Shown here: one piece after another, positions 8,511 through 18,871 of the stretch | Layout of the letters: each line of letters opens with the position of its first letter | Position numbering within the stretch: position 1 is the first letter of the stretch | Source of the DNA: Gloeobacterales cyanobacterium | GTDB taxonomy: Bacteria > Cyanobacteriota > Cyanobacteriia > Gloeobacterales > PMM-0068 | NCBI GenBank assembly: GCA_038245785.1 | Contig: JBBRSB010000033.1 | Coordinates: 1 to 55,803 of the forward strand | Direction of reading: 5' to 3' | Length of the DNA stretch: 55,803 bases | The notes under the pieces: generated by a model | What the model was told of the DNA's origin: nothing | The model's database searches: none | The model's input: only the letters and a program-made list of their open reading frames with translations | Translations under genes and position numbers: made by a program

Positions 8511-8995
8511 GGGGTTACCACCTTCACCTTTCCTAAAACAGACAGCAGCCGAACCTGTCGGGTATTTGAATTCTGGGTGAGGGTTACCATGGGAATTGCA
8601 GTCGCCGTGATAGCAGGAGTTGTGATTACTCCACGGGCATTGAATTGGATACTAGTCAGAGTGCTACCTGCCCCATTTGAAGTACTGACCGCAACCTGGC
8701 TAGGCAAGGTGTCACTGGATAGAATGGCATTAGCAGCCGTGACAATTTGATAGGTTGTGGATTGTCCTGCCGTAGGGATGGTGATGTTGAGCGTCATTGC
8801 CTGATTTTTGGCTAGGGCAAGCGTCCTCCCTCGAAGCACTGCATTTTCAATTTGAGAAGCGGCCTGATTAAGCTGTTGCCTGCCATAGAGACCAGCAAAA
8901 CTGGGTAAGGCCAGGCTGGCGAACAGTCCAATCATGCTTATGGTGACGAGTAATTCAATAACAGTGAATCCGCGATAGCCGCGATGATTTCTCAT
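8507..8995 (-). CDS. Minor type IV pilin (FimU/GspH-like)
   Basis: RG|FTVIELLVTISMIG..ALPSF; C-terminal IQFNARG..LG motif. Confidence 0.85.
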   Translation of the reverse strand: MRNHRGYRGFTVIELLVTISMIGLFASLALPSFAGLYGRQQLNQAASQIENAVLRGRTLALAKNQAMTLNITIPTAGQSTTYQIVTAANAILSSDTLPSQVAVSTSNGAGSTLTSIQFNARGVITTPAITATAIPMVTLTQNSNTRQVRLLSVLGKVKVVTP

Positions 8996-9735
8996 GATTG
9001 AGGAGGTCCTGCAATGTCCGTCACGAGAATCGCCAATGCTCCTGAGTTCACATTGCTCGCAGCAGTACTACCATTACTGCTCATGAGTGACTTGGTTCGT
9101 GCTGCAGAAGTACTGGCAATGGTTAGGGCACCCGCGTTGTTATTCGCTGCGAAGATCCGAACAGCCACCCGGCGAGCTTTATCGCCTGTCACCCCAGGAG
9201 TAGCGCCAACTATAATCTGTCCCATGTAATCTCTTGAAAGACCGGATGTGGCCTTAGGGATCGGAAAGTTAACCCCCTGACGATTGGTAAAACCCGTTAG
9301 GTTTGATGCCGCACAGTTATTGGCTGTAATACAGGTTGTGGTAACCGTTGAGGTGATTACTGTCGGGGTAATAGATACTACATTCTGTGTTAGTTCTCCC
9401 AGCGTTGTACCTGCTGAACCAAGCATGGTTATCGTCACCGTATTGGACGTATTCGGCCAAGCAGTCGGCTCCACATTTACCCTTACCGCCGTGCCATTGT
9501 TGTTGGTAACCGTTGAGTCAGCGTAGTAGCCATCAGCTGTAGACCATTGGCTGCGGATGCTTTCCATCTCTAGACGGGCCAGGTTACTCGCTTCATTTAG
9601 CGTTTTCTCCTGGCTCTGGAGTAGCGTAGCCGAGGTCATGGGGATAACCAACGCGGTAAGGCTAATTCCAGCAATCACGACGCTAACCAATGCCTCAATC
9701 AGGGTCAGCCCTTGGCTATTACGTTGAAGTTTCAT
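8992..9735 (-). CDS. Minor type IV pilin (PilV-like)
   Basis: QG|LTLIEALVSVVI; A..LAR.EME.IR segment. Confidence 0.8.
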   Translation of the reverse strand: MKLQRNSQGLTLIEALVSVVIAGISLTALVIPMTSATLLQSQEKTLNEASNLARLEMESIRSQWSTADGYYADSTVTNNNGTAVRVNVEPTAWPNTSNTVTITMLGSAGTTLGELTQNVVSITPTVITSTVTTTCITANNCAASNLTGFTNRQGVNFPIPKATSGLSRDYMGQIIVGATPGVTGDKARRVAVRIFAANNNAGALTIASTSAARTKSLMSSNGSTAASNVNSGALAILVTDIAGPPQS

Positions 9736-11786
9736 AGCCGTCTCCAGTTGCGCATGATAACGTTGCCACTAGTGACGATGGGAAAACCTTCTCTCGCCAG
9801 AGATTCGTCATAGACCATGCGGGAGTTATTGCCGTTGAAGTTGATAGTTTTGCCAATGTAGGTGCCAACCAGCTCCCCGCTATTGCCACCACCGTTGAGG
9901 GTGAGCGAAGAATTTGGAGCGTAGATGGCGGCCCTGAGTGCACCGTTACCATTGAGTTTGATTTCATCATTGGTATTGGAGTAGATTTGCAGGCCAGCCG
10001 CAGTACTAGTGTTGGCAATCCCGTTCCCAGAAATACTGAGGGTTTCTACCTGGCCCACATTGGTGCTATTGATCACGTAGAGAACCACGGGGTCACCGTT
10101 GGTTTGGACCACTTTCAGCGTCGAGTTGCCTGAGATGTCCAAGTCACTGACGATGTAGCGTCCTGGGTAAAGGGTCAGGTTTTTCTGTCCCGAGAGCGAA
10201 ACTCCCCCAGAACCATTACTGCCAACCAAGTCAATGACAGGATATTTATCTGCACCTGTTGCAGTAGAGCCAGAGATAGGCTGAGGGATGATTGCCTGCG
10301 TTGTTACTGTAATAGTTATACTTGTGCCAACATCGTTCTTCTTGCAGTCAGTCACGGGGATGTCTACATCAGTACAGGTGACTGTTTGAGTACTATTAGA
10401 ACCCGTCCCTGTTACAGAGAGCATACAAGAACTAGTGGGGCTATTATTGCTGCACGCGCTTGTGCTATAAGTCGGGGCTGACGGAGCGGGTGGCAGGTCC
10501 AGGTGAGGAATGGTTTGGGTTCCGCCAGTAGTCGTGCCACCGACACTAATGCAGCTTGTGCCACAGGCCGCTGCAAGAGCGCCGTTGATATTTGAACCGC
10601 TAGATGTGGAAATCGCGGTTCCCCCTCCGCTGCCATTAGAACCTAGGTTACCCTCTGTTCCCTGAGGCAAATAACTGTAGGTGGAATCAACGGTGAAGGT
10701 ACCGCTATTGTTAATCACTGCACCATCTGGTAAAGATGGCGCATAGGAACTTAGCGTCCCAAGCGTACTGCTCGGTAGCCTTTGAGGCTGTGGATTCCCA
10801 TAAGCGTCCATCACTACATGGTTGCTTGAATCTACCAAGACGGGTGACCATGGCGTTGCTCCCGTCGGAATTGTGCTGTTCGATGCCGTTGCAAAAAAAG
10901 CACCTGTGCCATTCTTATAAATCCCTGTCACTTTCTCGTTACAGCTGGTGGCCGTAGGGATGGCGCAAAGATTCAGAGAAGTCGTGGGGTCAGTTACATA
11001 CGTAATTAGACCTGTTAATTTATTGCGCAGTACCGCTGTTATGTACGTCACCTGTTGACAGGAAACTACACCGAGAGCATCGGCATTACAAAAAGGCATA
11101 GCGCTGTACGTATCTCCATTTCCCACCGTTATGCCGCTGTCTCCAAAACCTACATATTTATTGATAGCGAAGAAACTCGTTGGATTCGGAAAAATAGAGA
11201 CAGCAATGTTGGAAGCAACGCTACGGCCCCGGAAGCCTAGAGACATTACATCGACACGAGCAAGATTACTGGGAAGAGGAGTTGCCGCATTGAAGGCAGT
11301 AACCACACTGCTTTCATCCACTGGGCAAGGTGCGTTGGGAGCATTGGAAGTACCCGCTTGGCAGCTGACAGCCCGAAAACTGTAGACTAGAGAGCCCAGG
11401 CCATCTCCATCATCTTGGGGCGTTGCGCCTTGATACGTAGTACCAAGACTAATCGTGCCATTCAAGACTGCTGTGGTGACATCTGCTTGGGATAGATTGA
11501 GATTACTCGTAGTAACGAAGGGTAGAGAGGTAGAGGGGATAGTTGCAGTACCAAAACTGGATACACTCAGTCTCCCAGCCAAAGCGTTGATACCTGCATC
11601 TGCTGCATAGAAACTATCTGTTGCGCCCCTTTGAGCAACATTATTTGCACGTTGCGCTCCGACTTTTAGAAATAGGGTAGTAGCCATTAGAAGCATAACA
11701 ACAGAGATACTAATCACCGTAATCAGTGAAAATCCTCTTTGTCCTCTTTTTTTCTTATTATGTATCTGCACCTTTCCTACCCTCAT
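9732..11786 (-). CDS. Large PilX-like pilin with Cys-rich C-terminal region
   Basis: RG|FSLIT (no Glu5, as in PilX/GspK); SFYAADAGIN; C-terminal AAIYAPNSSLTLNGGGN..GTYIGKTINFNGN..YDE. Start codon uncertain. Confidence 0.75.
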   Translation of the reverse strand: MRVGKVQIHNKKKRGQRGFSLITVISISVVMLLMATTLFLKVGAQRANNVAQRGATDSFYAADAGINALAGRLSVSSFGTATIPSTSLPFVTTSNLNLSQADVTTAVLNGTISLGTTYQGATPQDDGDGLGSLVYSFRAVSCQAGTSNAPNAPCPVDESSVVTAFNAATPLPSNLARVDVMSLGFRGRSVASNIAVSIFPNPTSFFAINKYVGFGDSGITVGNGDTYSAMPFCNADALGVVSCQQVTYITAVLRNKLTGLITYVTDPTTSLNLCAIPTATSCNEKVTGIYKNGTGAFFATASNSTIPTGATPWSPVLVDSSNHVVMDAYGNPQPQRLPSSTLGTLSSYAPSLPDGAVINNSGTFTVDSTYSYLPQGTEGNLGSNGSGGGTAISTSSGSNINGALAAACGTSCISVGGTTTGGTQTIPHLDLPPAPSAPTYSTSACSNNSPTSSCMLSVTGTGSNSTQTVTCTDVDIPVTDCKKNDVGTSITITVTTQAIIPQPISGSTATGADKYPVIDLVGSNGSGGVSLSGQKNLTLYPGRYIVSDLDISGNSTLKVVQTNGDPVVLYVINSTNVGQVETLSISGNGIANTSTAAGLQIYSNTNDEIKLNGNGALRAAIYAPNSSLTLNGGGNSGELVGTYIGKTINFNGNNSRMVYDESLAREGFPIVTSGNVIMRNWRRL

Positions 11787-12106
11787 AACAAACCTCAATC
11801 TCAAATGTAGTTTCTTGCTGCCAGACAATCAGCTAAGAAATAGAACCACATAAACTTTTGTGTATGCTCTTGTTCAATCTATCCTGACAACTCAGTGAGT
11901 GAGATGAGCTTTGCGTGTAAAAAGAACCGAATTCCAGTAAAACTTGTTTGTCAAACACAGCGAAGATTCTCCACAAACCAGACACAAAGAGCATAGAAAT
12001 CTACACAGTATTCACACAAAGAGCTGACTCTTTTCCAAAGTTGAAAAGAGAAAACTATGGGTATTTGCACTTAAATTACCCAAAAAGATGATCTAAGTAT
12101 TGAACT

Positions 12107-14137
12107 TTACGAAATTTTCACGGCTTCTTCATAAACCTTCCGTGTCCTCACGGATGGAGGCTTACCCACTGAGTAATTGAGCCTATAAGCCCAGGCCAAA
12201 AGGCGATGCCAGAGGCGAGGAGAAAAGCTCTTAATAGTTGGCTCTAGACTCCAGAGGAGCGACGGGAACCAACCACCCATCGTCCAACCCAAAAAGCTAT
12301 GGGCCGTAAACTCCAGATAGCTGGGAAACCAACGCAAAAAGTAACTAAACCCAGTCAGTTGCCAAATCCAAACTAAGAGCATCGGATTTTTAAAGGCTGC
12401 TCGGACAGCCATCCGATTAAAGGCTAACCATCCAGCCCGGTCCTTGATAAAGTCATCCACGACCTTTGGGTCTTCTTCCGCCATGATGCCGAAGAAGGTA
12501 TTGAGAATGGCATTAATTCGTTCAGGAGGAAGTTCTTCGCCCGTAGGCACCATCATCCCTTTCGAGAACAACCATGTGACGGTGATATTGCTTTGATAGG
12601 CCCGGATTCGATCGAGGTCATCGCCCGTTACTAAATTGAACTGCAGCGCTTCATCCAGTAAGCTAGAAAGCCGAGGCAGGTTCCTAACTAGAGAGCCAAA
12701 GCCTGTAAAGACCAGCGGAGACTGCAAAGAAGCGGCATCTCCAATTGCCAAGACTCTATCATAGGCTGCTTTTCTGGACTTTTCGCCTACACTGAAGTAG
12801 GCAGGGATATAACCAAAAGTTGCCTTCTTCCACTTCAACTTTTCTAGATCACAGCGCTTATATTCTGGCAAAATCGCGAAGAAATCTTCATAGAGTTCTA
12901 AAAGAGAACCAGGATTTCGGGGATGGACTTCGTGATAGTGAAAGAGATAGAACGTCAGCTCTTTATCTTTACCAGGAAATAATTCCCAAATCAGTTGTCT
13001 ACCCCGCGAAATATCGCCATGGGAATAGAGGACATCGCCTAAGTTATAATCCCAAACCCCATCTTCAAAGCCATCTTCGACGACGGCACCCACCGTTGGA
13101 CAAACAGAGTTAAACGCTCGTCCATCATTGAGCTGTTGGGCAACTAATGATGCAGAACCCATCGCATCAATCAATACACGGCCCGTAAGCTGGACACTTT
13201 CATTTGTCTCACGATTGCGTCCGGTTACACAGACCCCTTCATCCCAGACCGAGACCTTCTGAAACTCCGTATTATCGACAATCACACCGCCTGCCGCTCG
13301 GAGCTTCTCCCCACAAAGACGGAGCAAACGCTCTGCATCCAAGGCTACGTTTAAGACCGTAGGGGTGGACAAAACAGCGGCTACGGCTCGCTTAGGAACA
13401 TTGCCATCGTGAAACTTGTTAAAGCCATCTCGATACTCCTTGAAGATCAGGCTTTCCACTTCCTGCGCGGTCAGTAAGCCCACTTCCACAAAAGATTGCA
13501 GTTCAGCCCGAGAGATATTCCACTCCCGATTCATCCCCCCAAAGGGCCCCCGTTCCATCACGGCGACCTTCCAACCCAAGCGAGCCATCATCGCCGCATG
13601 GATAACCCCTAAAGCAGCACCACTATAAACCAAGTCAAATTCAAGAGCCGAGATTCCCGCTGGTTTTTCTCGGAAGAGCACCTGTTTTGCTTTGACTGTT
13701 CCGGGCTGCTTGATATTTTCTCGCCAGGTTTTTTCCCACCAATAGCACTTCTTCAGCGCTTCCTCACCCTTCGGGATGCACTGGAAAAATTTGGCGGTCA
13801 GCGGATAGTGCGGTGCGAGAGCCTCAAAGATATTTGCTTGGGGATCTATTTCGGGCAGGCTTGGATACAGTCTGGGGAAAGCAGCACGAATCTGGGTAGT
13901 TAAGCTTTGAATCAGCTCTTTCTCCTGGGTAAACGACTCCCCACGCCACTGAAATAATTTGAGATAAGTGGTGCGCTGCACATTCCAGCAAAAGACAGAA
14001 AACTCAGAGGCTCCGACGGAGAACTTCAGGCCATCAGGCGTTAGGGTATGCTCTGAGCCTTTCCATCGCCAGGATTGCAGCCAAGCAAGAACCTGGTCCG
14101 TGGGATAGGGAATCTCAAGATAGAGCAGTTGACGCAT
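12107..14137 (-). CDS. cruA: Lycopene cyclase CruA (FAD-dependent)
   Basis: ~680 aa with N-terminal LLYLEIP extension; MNREWNISR, DAMGSAS, SVCPTVG, IGDAASLQSPLVFTGFGS motifs. Confidence 0.8.
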   Translation of the reverse strand: MRQLLYLEIPYPTDQVLAWLQSWRWKGSEHTLTPDGLKFSVGASEFSVFCWNVQRTTYLKLFQWRGESFTQEKELIQSLTTQIRAAFPRLYPSLPEIDPQANIFEALAPHYPLTAKFFQCIPKGEEALKKCYWWEKTWRENIKQPGTVKAKQVLFREKPAGISALEFDLVYSGAALGVIHAAMMARLGWKVAVMERGPFGGMNREWNISRAELQSFVEVGLLTAQEVESLIFKEYRDGFNKFHDGNVPKRAVAAVLSTPTVLNVALDAERLLRLCGEKLRAAGGVIVDNTEFQKVSVWDEGVCVTGRNRETNESVQLTGRVLIDAMGSASLVAQQLNDGRAFNSVCPTVGAVVEDGFEDGVWDYNLGDVLYSHGDISRGRQLIWELFPGKDKELTFYLFHYHEVHPRNPGSLLELYEDFFAILPEYKRCDLEKLKWKKATFGYIPAYFSVGEKSRKAAYDRVLAIGDAASLQSPLVFTGFGSLVRNLPRLSSLLDEALQFNLVTGDDLDRIRAYQSNITVTWLFSKGMMVPTGEELPPERINAILNTFFGIMAEEDPKVVDDFIKDRAGWLAFNRMAVRAAFKNPMLLVWIWQLTGFSYFLRWFPSYLEFTAHSFLGWTMGGWFPSLLWSLEPTIKSFSPRLWHRLLAWAYRLNYSVGKPPSVRTRKVYEEAVKIS

Positions 14138-14298
14138 AGTTCTAGGGTAAGGCAAATGCACTCCTCCTGGCTTAGTTTACAAAAGCGATGAGAGCGTTCT
14201 GATGAGCCAGTGTAGAAGAGGGTAGGATGATAATAAGCCCTTGTACTCTGTCCAATTTTGTTGGTCAAGGTGAAATGACGATTGGAACTCAACAGCTT

Positions 14299-14877
14299 AT
14301 GAACACCTACACCCTCAATCTAGACTCTGCCATTGACCTCACGGACGATCAGTTCTACCAACTCTGCCGCAACAATCCGGACCTCAAATTTGAACGCACT
14401 GCTCGTGGAGAATTGATCATAATGCCCCCTACAGGAGGAGAAACAGGCCGTCATAATTCCAATCTAATTATTGACATAGGTATCTGGAACCGACAAATGC
14501 AATTAGGGCAGGTCTTCGATTCCTCAACCTGTTTCAAACTTCCCAACGGCGCAGATCGCTCCCCAGATGTCTCATGGATTCAACAAAATCGATGGGATGC
14601 ATTAACCCCAGAGCAAAAAGAAAAATTTCCGCCGATCTGCCCCGATTTTGTGATTGAGCTCATGTCACCTAGCGACACCCTTAAAGTGGTTCAGGCAAAA
14701 ATGCAAGAATACATAGCCAATGGCGCAAAGCTCGGATGGTTGCTCAACCGTAAAGATTGCCAAGTCGAGATTTATCGTGCAGATCGAGATGTAGAGACAC
14801 TCCAGTCCCCGCCTTCTTTATCAGGTGAAACAGTTCTCCCTGAACTTATTCTTGATCTAAGCTCCATCTGGGAATAA
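14299..14877 (+). CDS. Uma2/DUF820-family endonuclease
   Basis: FERTARGELIIMPPTGGETG, FDSSTCFKLPNGADRSPDVSW, PDFVIELMSPSD. Confidence 0.9.
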   Translation: MNTYTLNLDSAIDLTDDQFYQLCRNNPDLKFERTARGELIIMPPTGGETGRHNSNLIIDIGIWNRQMQLGQVFDSSTCFKLPNGADRSPDVSWIQQNRWDALTPEQKEKFPPICPDFVIELMSPSDTLKVVQAKMQEYIANGAKLGWLLNRKDCQVEIYRADRDVETLQSPPSLSGETVLPELILDLSSIWE

Positions 14878-15004
14878 GATTTAGCCGTGAGTTACGGTCT
14901 ACCATAGGTTCAATATACAAACGTGAGTTCGGATTAAGTTCATCACTTTTTGCGGCAAAATTAGATTCCTTGGAACTATATCTGAAATAAGCATACTGGC
15001 AATA

Positions 15005-16135
15005 TTAGCTTGATGCCGTCTGCATTCCTTTAAGAACTTCTTTGAGCAAGTCCACAGAAACTTGGTCTGTAATTTTAGTCAGATGAGGGCCTTTGGGACT
15101 ATCACTACTCTCTATGCTCAAGGGCAAGATAAACCGAACACGGCCATCTAGCACCTTCTTATCTCCCTTCGTAAGCGCGATGCAACGTTCTATATCTAAT
15201 GTGTGAGGCAACGTCGTAGGCAACTTAGCTTTCTTCAGGAGCTGCTCTTGGCGCGTACAGCTTTCCTGATCCCATAAGCCCAGCGCCACCGAAATCCGCC
15301 CAGCGGCAACCATTCCCAAAGCAACGCCTTCTCCATGACGATAGGTTTTGTATTGAGTCAAGCTTTCTAAGGCATGGCCCACGGTGTGTCCATAGTTCAA
15401 AATGGCTCGTAGCCCCTGCTCTCGTTCATCGCTCTGGACGACTTCTGCCTTGGCCTGACAGGAACGTTCCAAAATTGTAGTTAGGAACTCAGGCGTAATC
15501 CCGCTGTACTGGTCTAGTCTGGGCTGAGATTCCAATACGTCTAGAAGCGCTCGGTCCCAGATCACACCATACTTAATCACTTCCGACAAAGCAGCTCGGA
15601 ACTCGCGGGTAGGGAGCGTTTCTAACGTCTGAGGGTCCATGAGCACTAAACGTGGCTGATAGAAAGCCCCAATCAGGTTTTTCCCTTGAGGATGATTGAC
15701 GCCTGTTTTTCCACCGACAGAAGCATCTACCATCGCCAGCAAAGTAGTCGGGACCTGGACAAAGTTGATGCCTCTGAGCCAGCTGGCTGCGGCATAGCCT
15801 GTTAAATCTCCTACTACCCCTCCACCTAAAGCCACGAGCGTAGAGGAACGTTCTAGGCCCAATTCGTAGGCTCGGTCAAAGACTTTTTGAACATGGGCCA
15901 GATTTTTATAGCGTTCGCCACCGGGTAAGAGAAGCGACTCTGCTTCAAAGCTCGCATTTCTTAGCGAGGTAAGAACAGTCTCGCCGTAGTGCTTGAAGAT
16001 CTGAGGATTGCTGACCATGAGGACCTTACGACCCAGCTTGAGTTCCAGCATCCGTGCTCCCAGCGTTGCCAGCGCCCCTGATTCGATCACGATATCGTAG
16101 CGGGTCGTCGGTAGTTCAAGAGAAAGCGTAGGCAT
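15005..16135 (-). CDS. aroB: 3-dehydroquinate synthase
   Basis: [44 protein letters not shown]. Confidence 0.97.
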   Translation of the reverse strand: MPTLSLELPTTRYDIVIESGALATLGARMLELKLGRKVLMVSNPQIFKHYGETVLTSLRNASFEAESLLLPGGERYKNLAHVQKVFDRAYELGLERSSTLVALGGGVVGDLTGYAAASWLRGINFVQVPTTLLAMVDASVGGKTGVNHPQGKNLIGAFYQPRLVLMDPQTLETLPTREFRAALSEVIKYGVIWDRALLDVLESQPRLDQYSGITPEFLTTILERSCQAKAEVVQSDEREQGLRAILNYGHTVGHALESLTQYKTYRHGEGVALGMVAAGRISVALGLWDQESCTRQEQLLKKAKLPTTLPHTLDIERCIALTKGDKKVLDGRVRFILPLSIESSDSPKGPHLTKITDQVSVDLLKEVLKGMQTASS

Positions 16136-16159
16136 GGAGGGGGGAAAGTTAGGAGTTCC

Positions 16160-17428
16160 TCATTTTAAGTCAGGAGCGGATAGGAGACGGCCTAGATATT
16201 GCAGAATCACCACAGCAAGGCCCACGCTGATAGCCATCATCAGCCAAAAGAGGTCTGCTACAGGCCGCGGTTGATCCAGCGCAAGCCCACCTAGCAAAGG
16301 ACCTAATAAGTAACCAATCGCCCAACACTGAGAATTAATCGAAAGATAGACCCCGCGCAAAGAAGGGGGTGCCAGGTCCGCAACAAGCGCAGAAGCTGCA
16401 GGCGTATAGCTGACCAAAGCGACCGAAAGCACACCTAAACCGACAATCGCCAAAGCCAGATTGCCCTTTGTACTAACGCCTGCCGCTCCAATAAACAGAA
16501 AACCGATGCCAAAAGTCAGCACGGATAAGGTCAGCGCTTGAGTCCGCGTCCATTTGTTTAGAAAACGCGCGACGGGCAATTGACAGAGGACTGCTAAGAC
16601 CAGATGCCAGGTCAATAACGCGCTAATCGTAGCCGTAGAGAAGCCTGTACTGCCCGCGAAGTTTTTGAAATACAAAGGCAACGTGCTATTGATTTGGGCC
16701 AGATAGGTGGTGAATAGAATATTGACTAAGATGTAGACCAAAAGCCTCTGGTCTGTGAACGCAAGGCTCCAGCCCCCTAGCACACTGGTTTGAGTGGAAT
16801 CACTGGCCTCACGCGCGGTACTTTTTTGCCGCTCTTGACTCTCTTGAAAAGTTGCATAAACAATGGCTGCAAAGATCACAAAAGATACAGCATCGAGAAT
16901 GAATAACAAGGGATAGGACTTCGTAGTTTCGATTAAGAAACCTCCGATAACTACTCCAAGCCCCAGACCGAGACTGTCTGCCAGCCTTGTTACCGCAAAG
17001 GCTTCATTACGCTGCTCCGGAAGGCTCAGGTCTACTACAGCGGCTTCTGCCGCAGGCCAGTAGAGGCCAACTCCCAAACCAGCAATCAGATTAGCGGCCA
17101 CAAAATAGGGAAAATCATGGGCAAAAGCAAGGGCAAGGGAACCAAGAGCAGCAATCAAAGCAGAAAGAATCAAAGTCCTTTTGCGTCCCCATCGATCCGC
17201 CAAAGAACCACCGACAAAGCGACCAACCACACCAGAGATAGAAGAACTGCCTAAACCAATCCCCACTAGAGTTGCAGACAGGCCAACCTCATTGACAAAA
17301 AAAAGCGGGGCATAAAATAGCGTAAACCCTGTGCCAATCTGGGACAATAGCCTCCCAACAGCCAGCAGCCAGACTTGTGGATTGAGATCGGGGAGTTTGA
17401 CAGTACGCTGCAAGAAAGACTTCATCAT
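16160..17428 (-). CDS. MFS transporter
   Basis: Multi-TM pattern; motif A GSLADRWGRK. Confidence 0.9.
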   Translation of the reverse strand: MMKSFLQRTVKLPDLNPQVWLLAVGRLLSQIGTGFTLFYAPLFFVNEVGLSATLVGIGLGSSSISGVVGRFVGGSLADRWGRKRTLILSALIAALGSLALAFAHDFPYFVAANLIAGLGVGLYWPAAEAAVVDLSLPEQRNEAFAVTRLADSLGLGLGVVIGGFLIETTKSYPLLFILDAVSFVIFAAIVYATFQESQERQKSTAREASDSTQTSVLGGWSLAFTDQRLLVYILVNILFTTYLAQINSTLPLYFKNFAGSTGFSTATISALLTWHLVLAVLCQLPVARFLNKWTRTQALTLSVLTFGIGFLFIGAAGVSTKGNLALAIVGLGVLSVALVSYTPAASALVADLAPPSLRGVYLSINSQCWAIGYLLGPLLGGLALDQPRPVADLFWLMMAISVGLAVVILQYLGRLLSAPDLK

Positions 17429-17445
17429 TACCAGGATAGGAGAGC

Positions 17446-17814
17446 ATGTTGTCTTCAAAAATAGGTCTAAAGATAGAGCTGGGGTTAGTACTGCTGTTAT
17501 TAGCAAGTTGTGCCACGGATCTACGTATAAAAGGAGTGACCCCTCTGATGGCAAATGCTGCTCAGGGCAGTGTCACCGCAATGAATGGCTTAATCGAACA
17601 GGGGGCTGAGGTGGATGCCAAAGATGAAAATGGCAGGACGGCCCTGATGTATGCAGTGGAACAAAATCGGACAGAAGCGGCCCAGGTTCTTCTTACCAAA
17701 GGAGCAAACGTGAATGCCAAAGACAAATTTGGGATGACCAGCGTAAAAAAAGCCCAACAATTTGGCTTCAAAGACACGATAATAGTGTTGAAAAAGGCTG
17801 GAGCGACTGAATAG
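17446..17814 (+). CDS. Ankyrin-repeat putative lipoprotein
   Basis: LLLASC lipobox-like; GVTPLM, GAEVDAKDENGRTALM, GANVNAKD. Confidence 0.8.
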   Translation: MLSSKIGLKIELGLVLLLLASCATDLRIKGVTPLMANAAQGSVTAMNGLIEQGAEVDAKDENGRTALMYAVEQNRTEAAQVLLTKGANVNAKDKFGMTSVKKAQQFGFKDTIIVLKKAGATE

Positions 17815-17815
17815 C

Positions 17816-18289
17816 TTAAGCTTTCAGCTTATTAATCAAAGCATTCAGTTCCATGCCGTATAGCTGATATTTATCCACTTTTTGCTTGTACATCATCATT
17901 TCTGTTTCATAGGTGGATTGCTTGAATTCGCCCACCTTTTTAGATTTGGCCTCGATTTGGACCAGCAGCCGCCCCATAATTTGGGCGGCCATTTTTAAAG
18001 AATCAAGATAGTTAGTCATCAATGTGTAGAACTCAACCAGCTGGAGCTTGTCAGCTAGCTCTGCCTCTAGAGACTTAGCCTGCTCCAGATAGTCCTTAGC
18101 CTGTTGGTCTATATCCGCCAATTTTTTCTGCACTTGGGGAATAGCCACTTTTAAATCTTCAAATTTGTTCCAACCCAGAAGATTCTTCCAGGAAAAAAGA
18201 CGGTTGTGAAGGGTTAGATATTCTTCTAAAACTTCGGTGGTGGAGTCGATGAGCGTAGTCGCTTCTCGCTTTAAGGTTGTGCTATCCAT
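17816..18289 (-). CDS. Hypothetical coiled-coil protein
   Basis: 157-aa helical ORF with GGGG upstream of the ATG. Confidence 0.6.
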   Translation of the reverse strand: MDSTTLKREATTLIDSTTEVLEEYLTLHNRLFSWKNLLGWNKFEDLKVAIPQVQKKLADIDQQAKDYLEQAKSLEAELADKLQLVEFYTLMTNYLDSLKMAAQIMGRLLVQIEAKSKKVGEFKQSTYETEMMMYKQKVDKYQLYGMELNALINKLKA

Positions 18290-18307
18290 CCCCTTATTGT
18301 ATTCAGA

Positions 18308-18382
18308 GATCCCCCCGCTCCCCCCTTATTAAGGGGGGGCAATGCCATTTACAGCTTAACGTTCTCTTTCGCTGGGGGGATC
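18308..18382. repeat. REP-like dispersed palindromic element
   Basis: Terminal inverted repeats GATCCCCCC/GGGGGGATC around an inner stem CCCCCCTT-ATT-AAGGGGGG. Confidence 0.65.
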
Positions 18383-18871
18383 GCCTAGTAAATTTTTCTT
18401 TCCAAAACGAGCCACCAAGCAGTTTTTGAGGTTTTTTGGTATTAAGCATGGAACAGATTATGCAACAAAGCTCGAATAATCGTCCTCACCTGCGCACTTT
18501 TGGCGTCGATCATCCTATTGGGATGCTGTTTGTCTGCCTGAATGCCATACAGCAATCTCAGTGTCGCAAACTTAAGCAGTTAAAATTCTTTAGGATTTTT
18601 TTTCGGACTAAAAACAATTAATGCCTGAGTTTAAGCATCCACTTCGCCTCTTTTGCTAGCGAACATTGCTGCACTAACGAATACACCTAGAGAGGTGCAA
18701 AGAGACATAACGGGGAGCAACCAGAGAATGTTAAGCGTGATGTTCATGTGATTAGTGGAATTACTTAAGGGCTACTCTTATAGAATACGGAGAATGCCCC
18801 TAGAGAAGTTAAAGGAATGATGAGCCTTAAGTAATCTTTGCAACAAGAACGTACGACGTCGCTGGACGGCC

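Noticed and set aside
11895..11960. Possible c-di-GMP-I riboswitch before the pilin operon (minus strand GACAAAC...ACGCAAAGC)
   Set aside because: No GAAA-tetraloop stem or convincing second stem could be formed by eye; an Rfam scan would decide.
14921..14960. ACGTGAGTTCGGATTAAG resembling an IS terminal repeat
   Set aside because: No partner repeat or transposase seen; the resemblance is from memory only.
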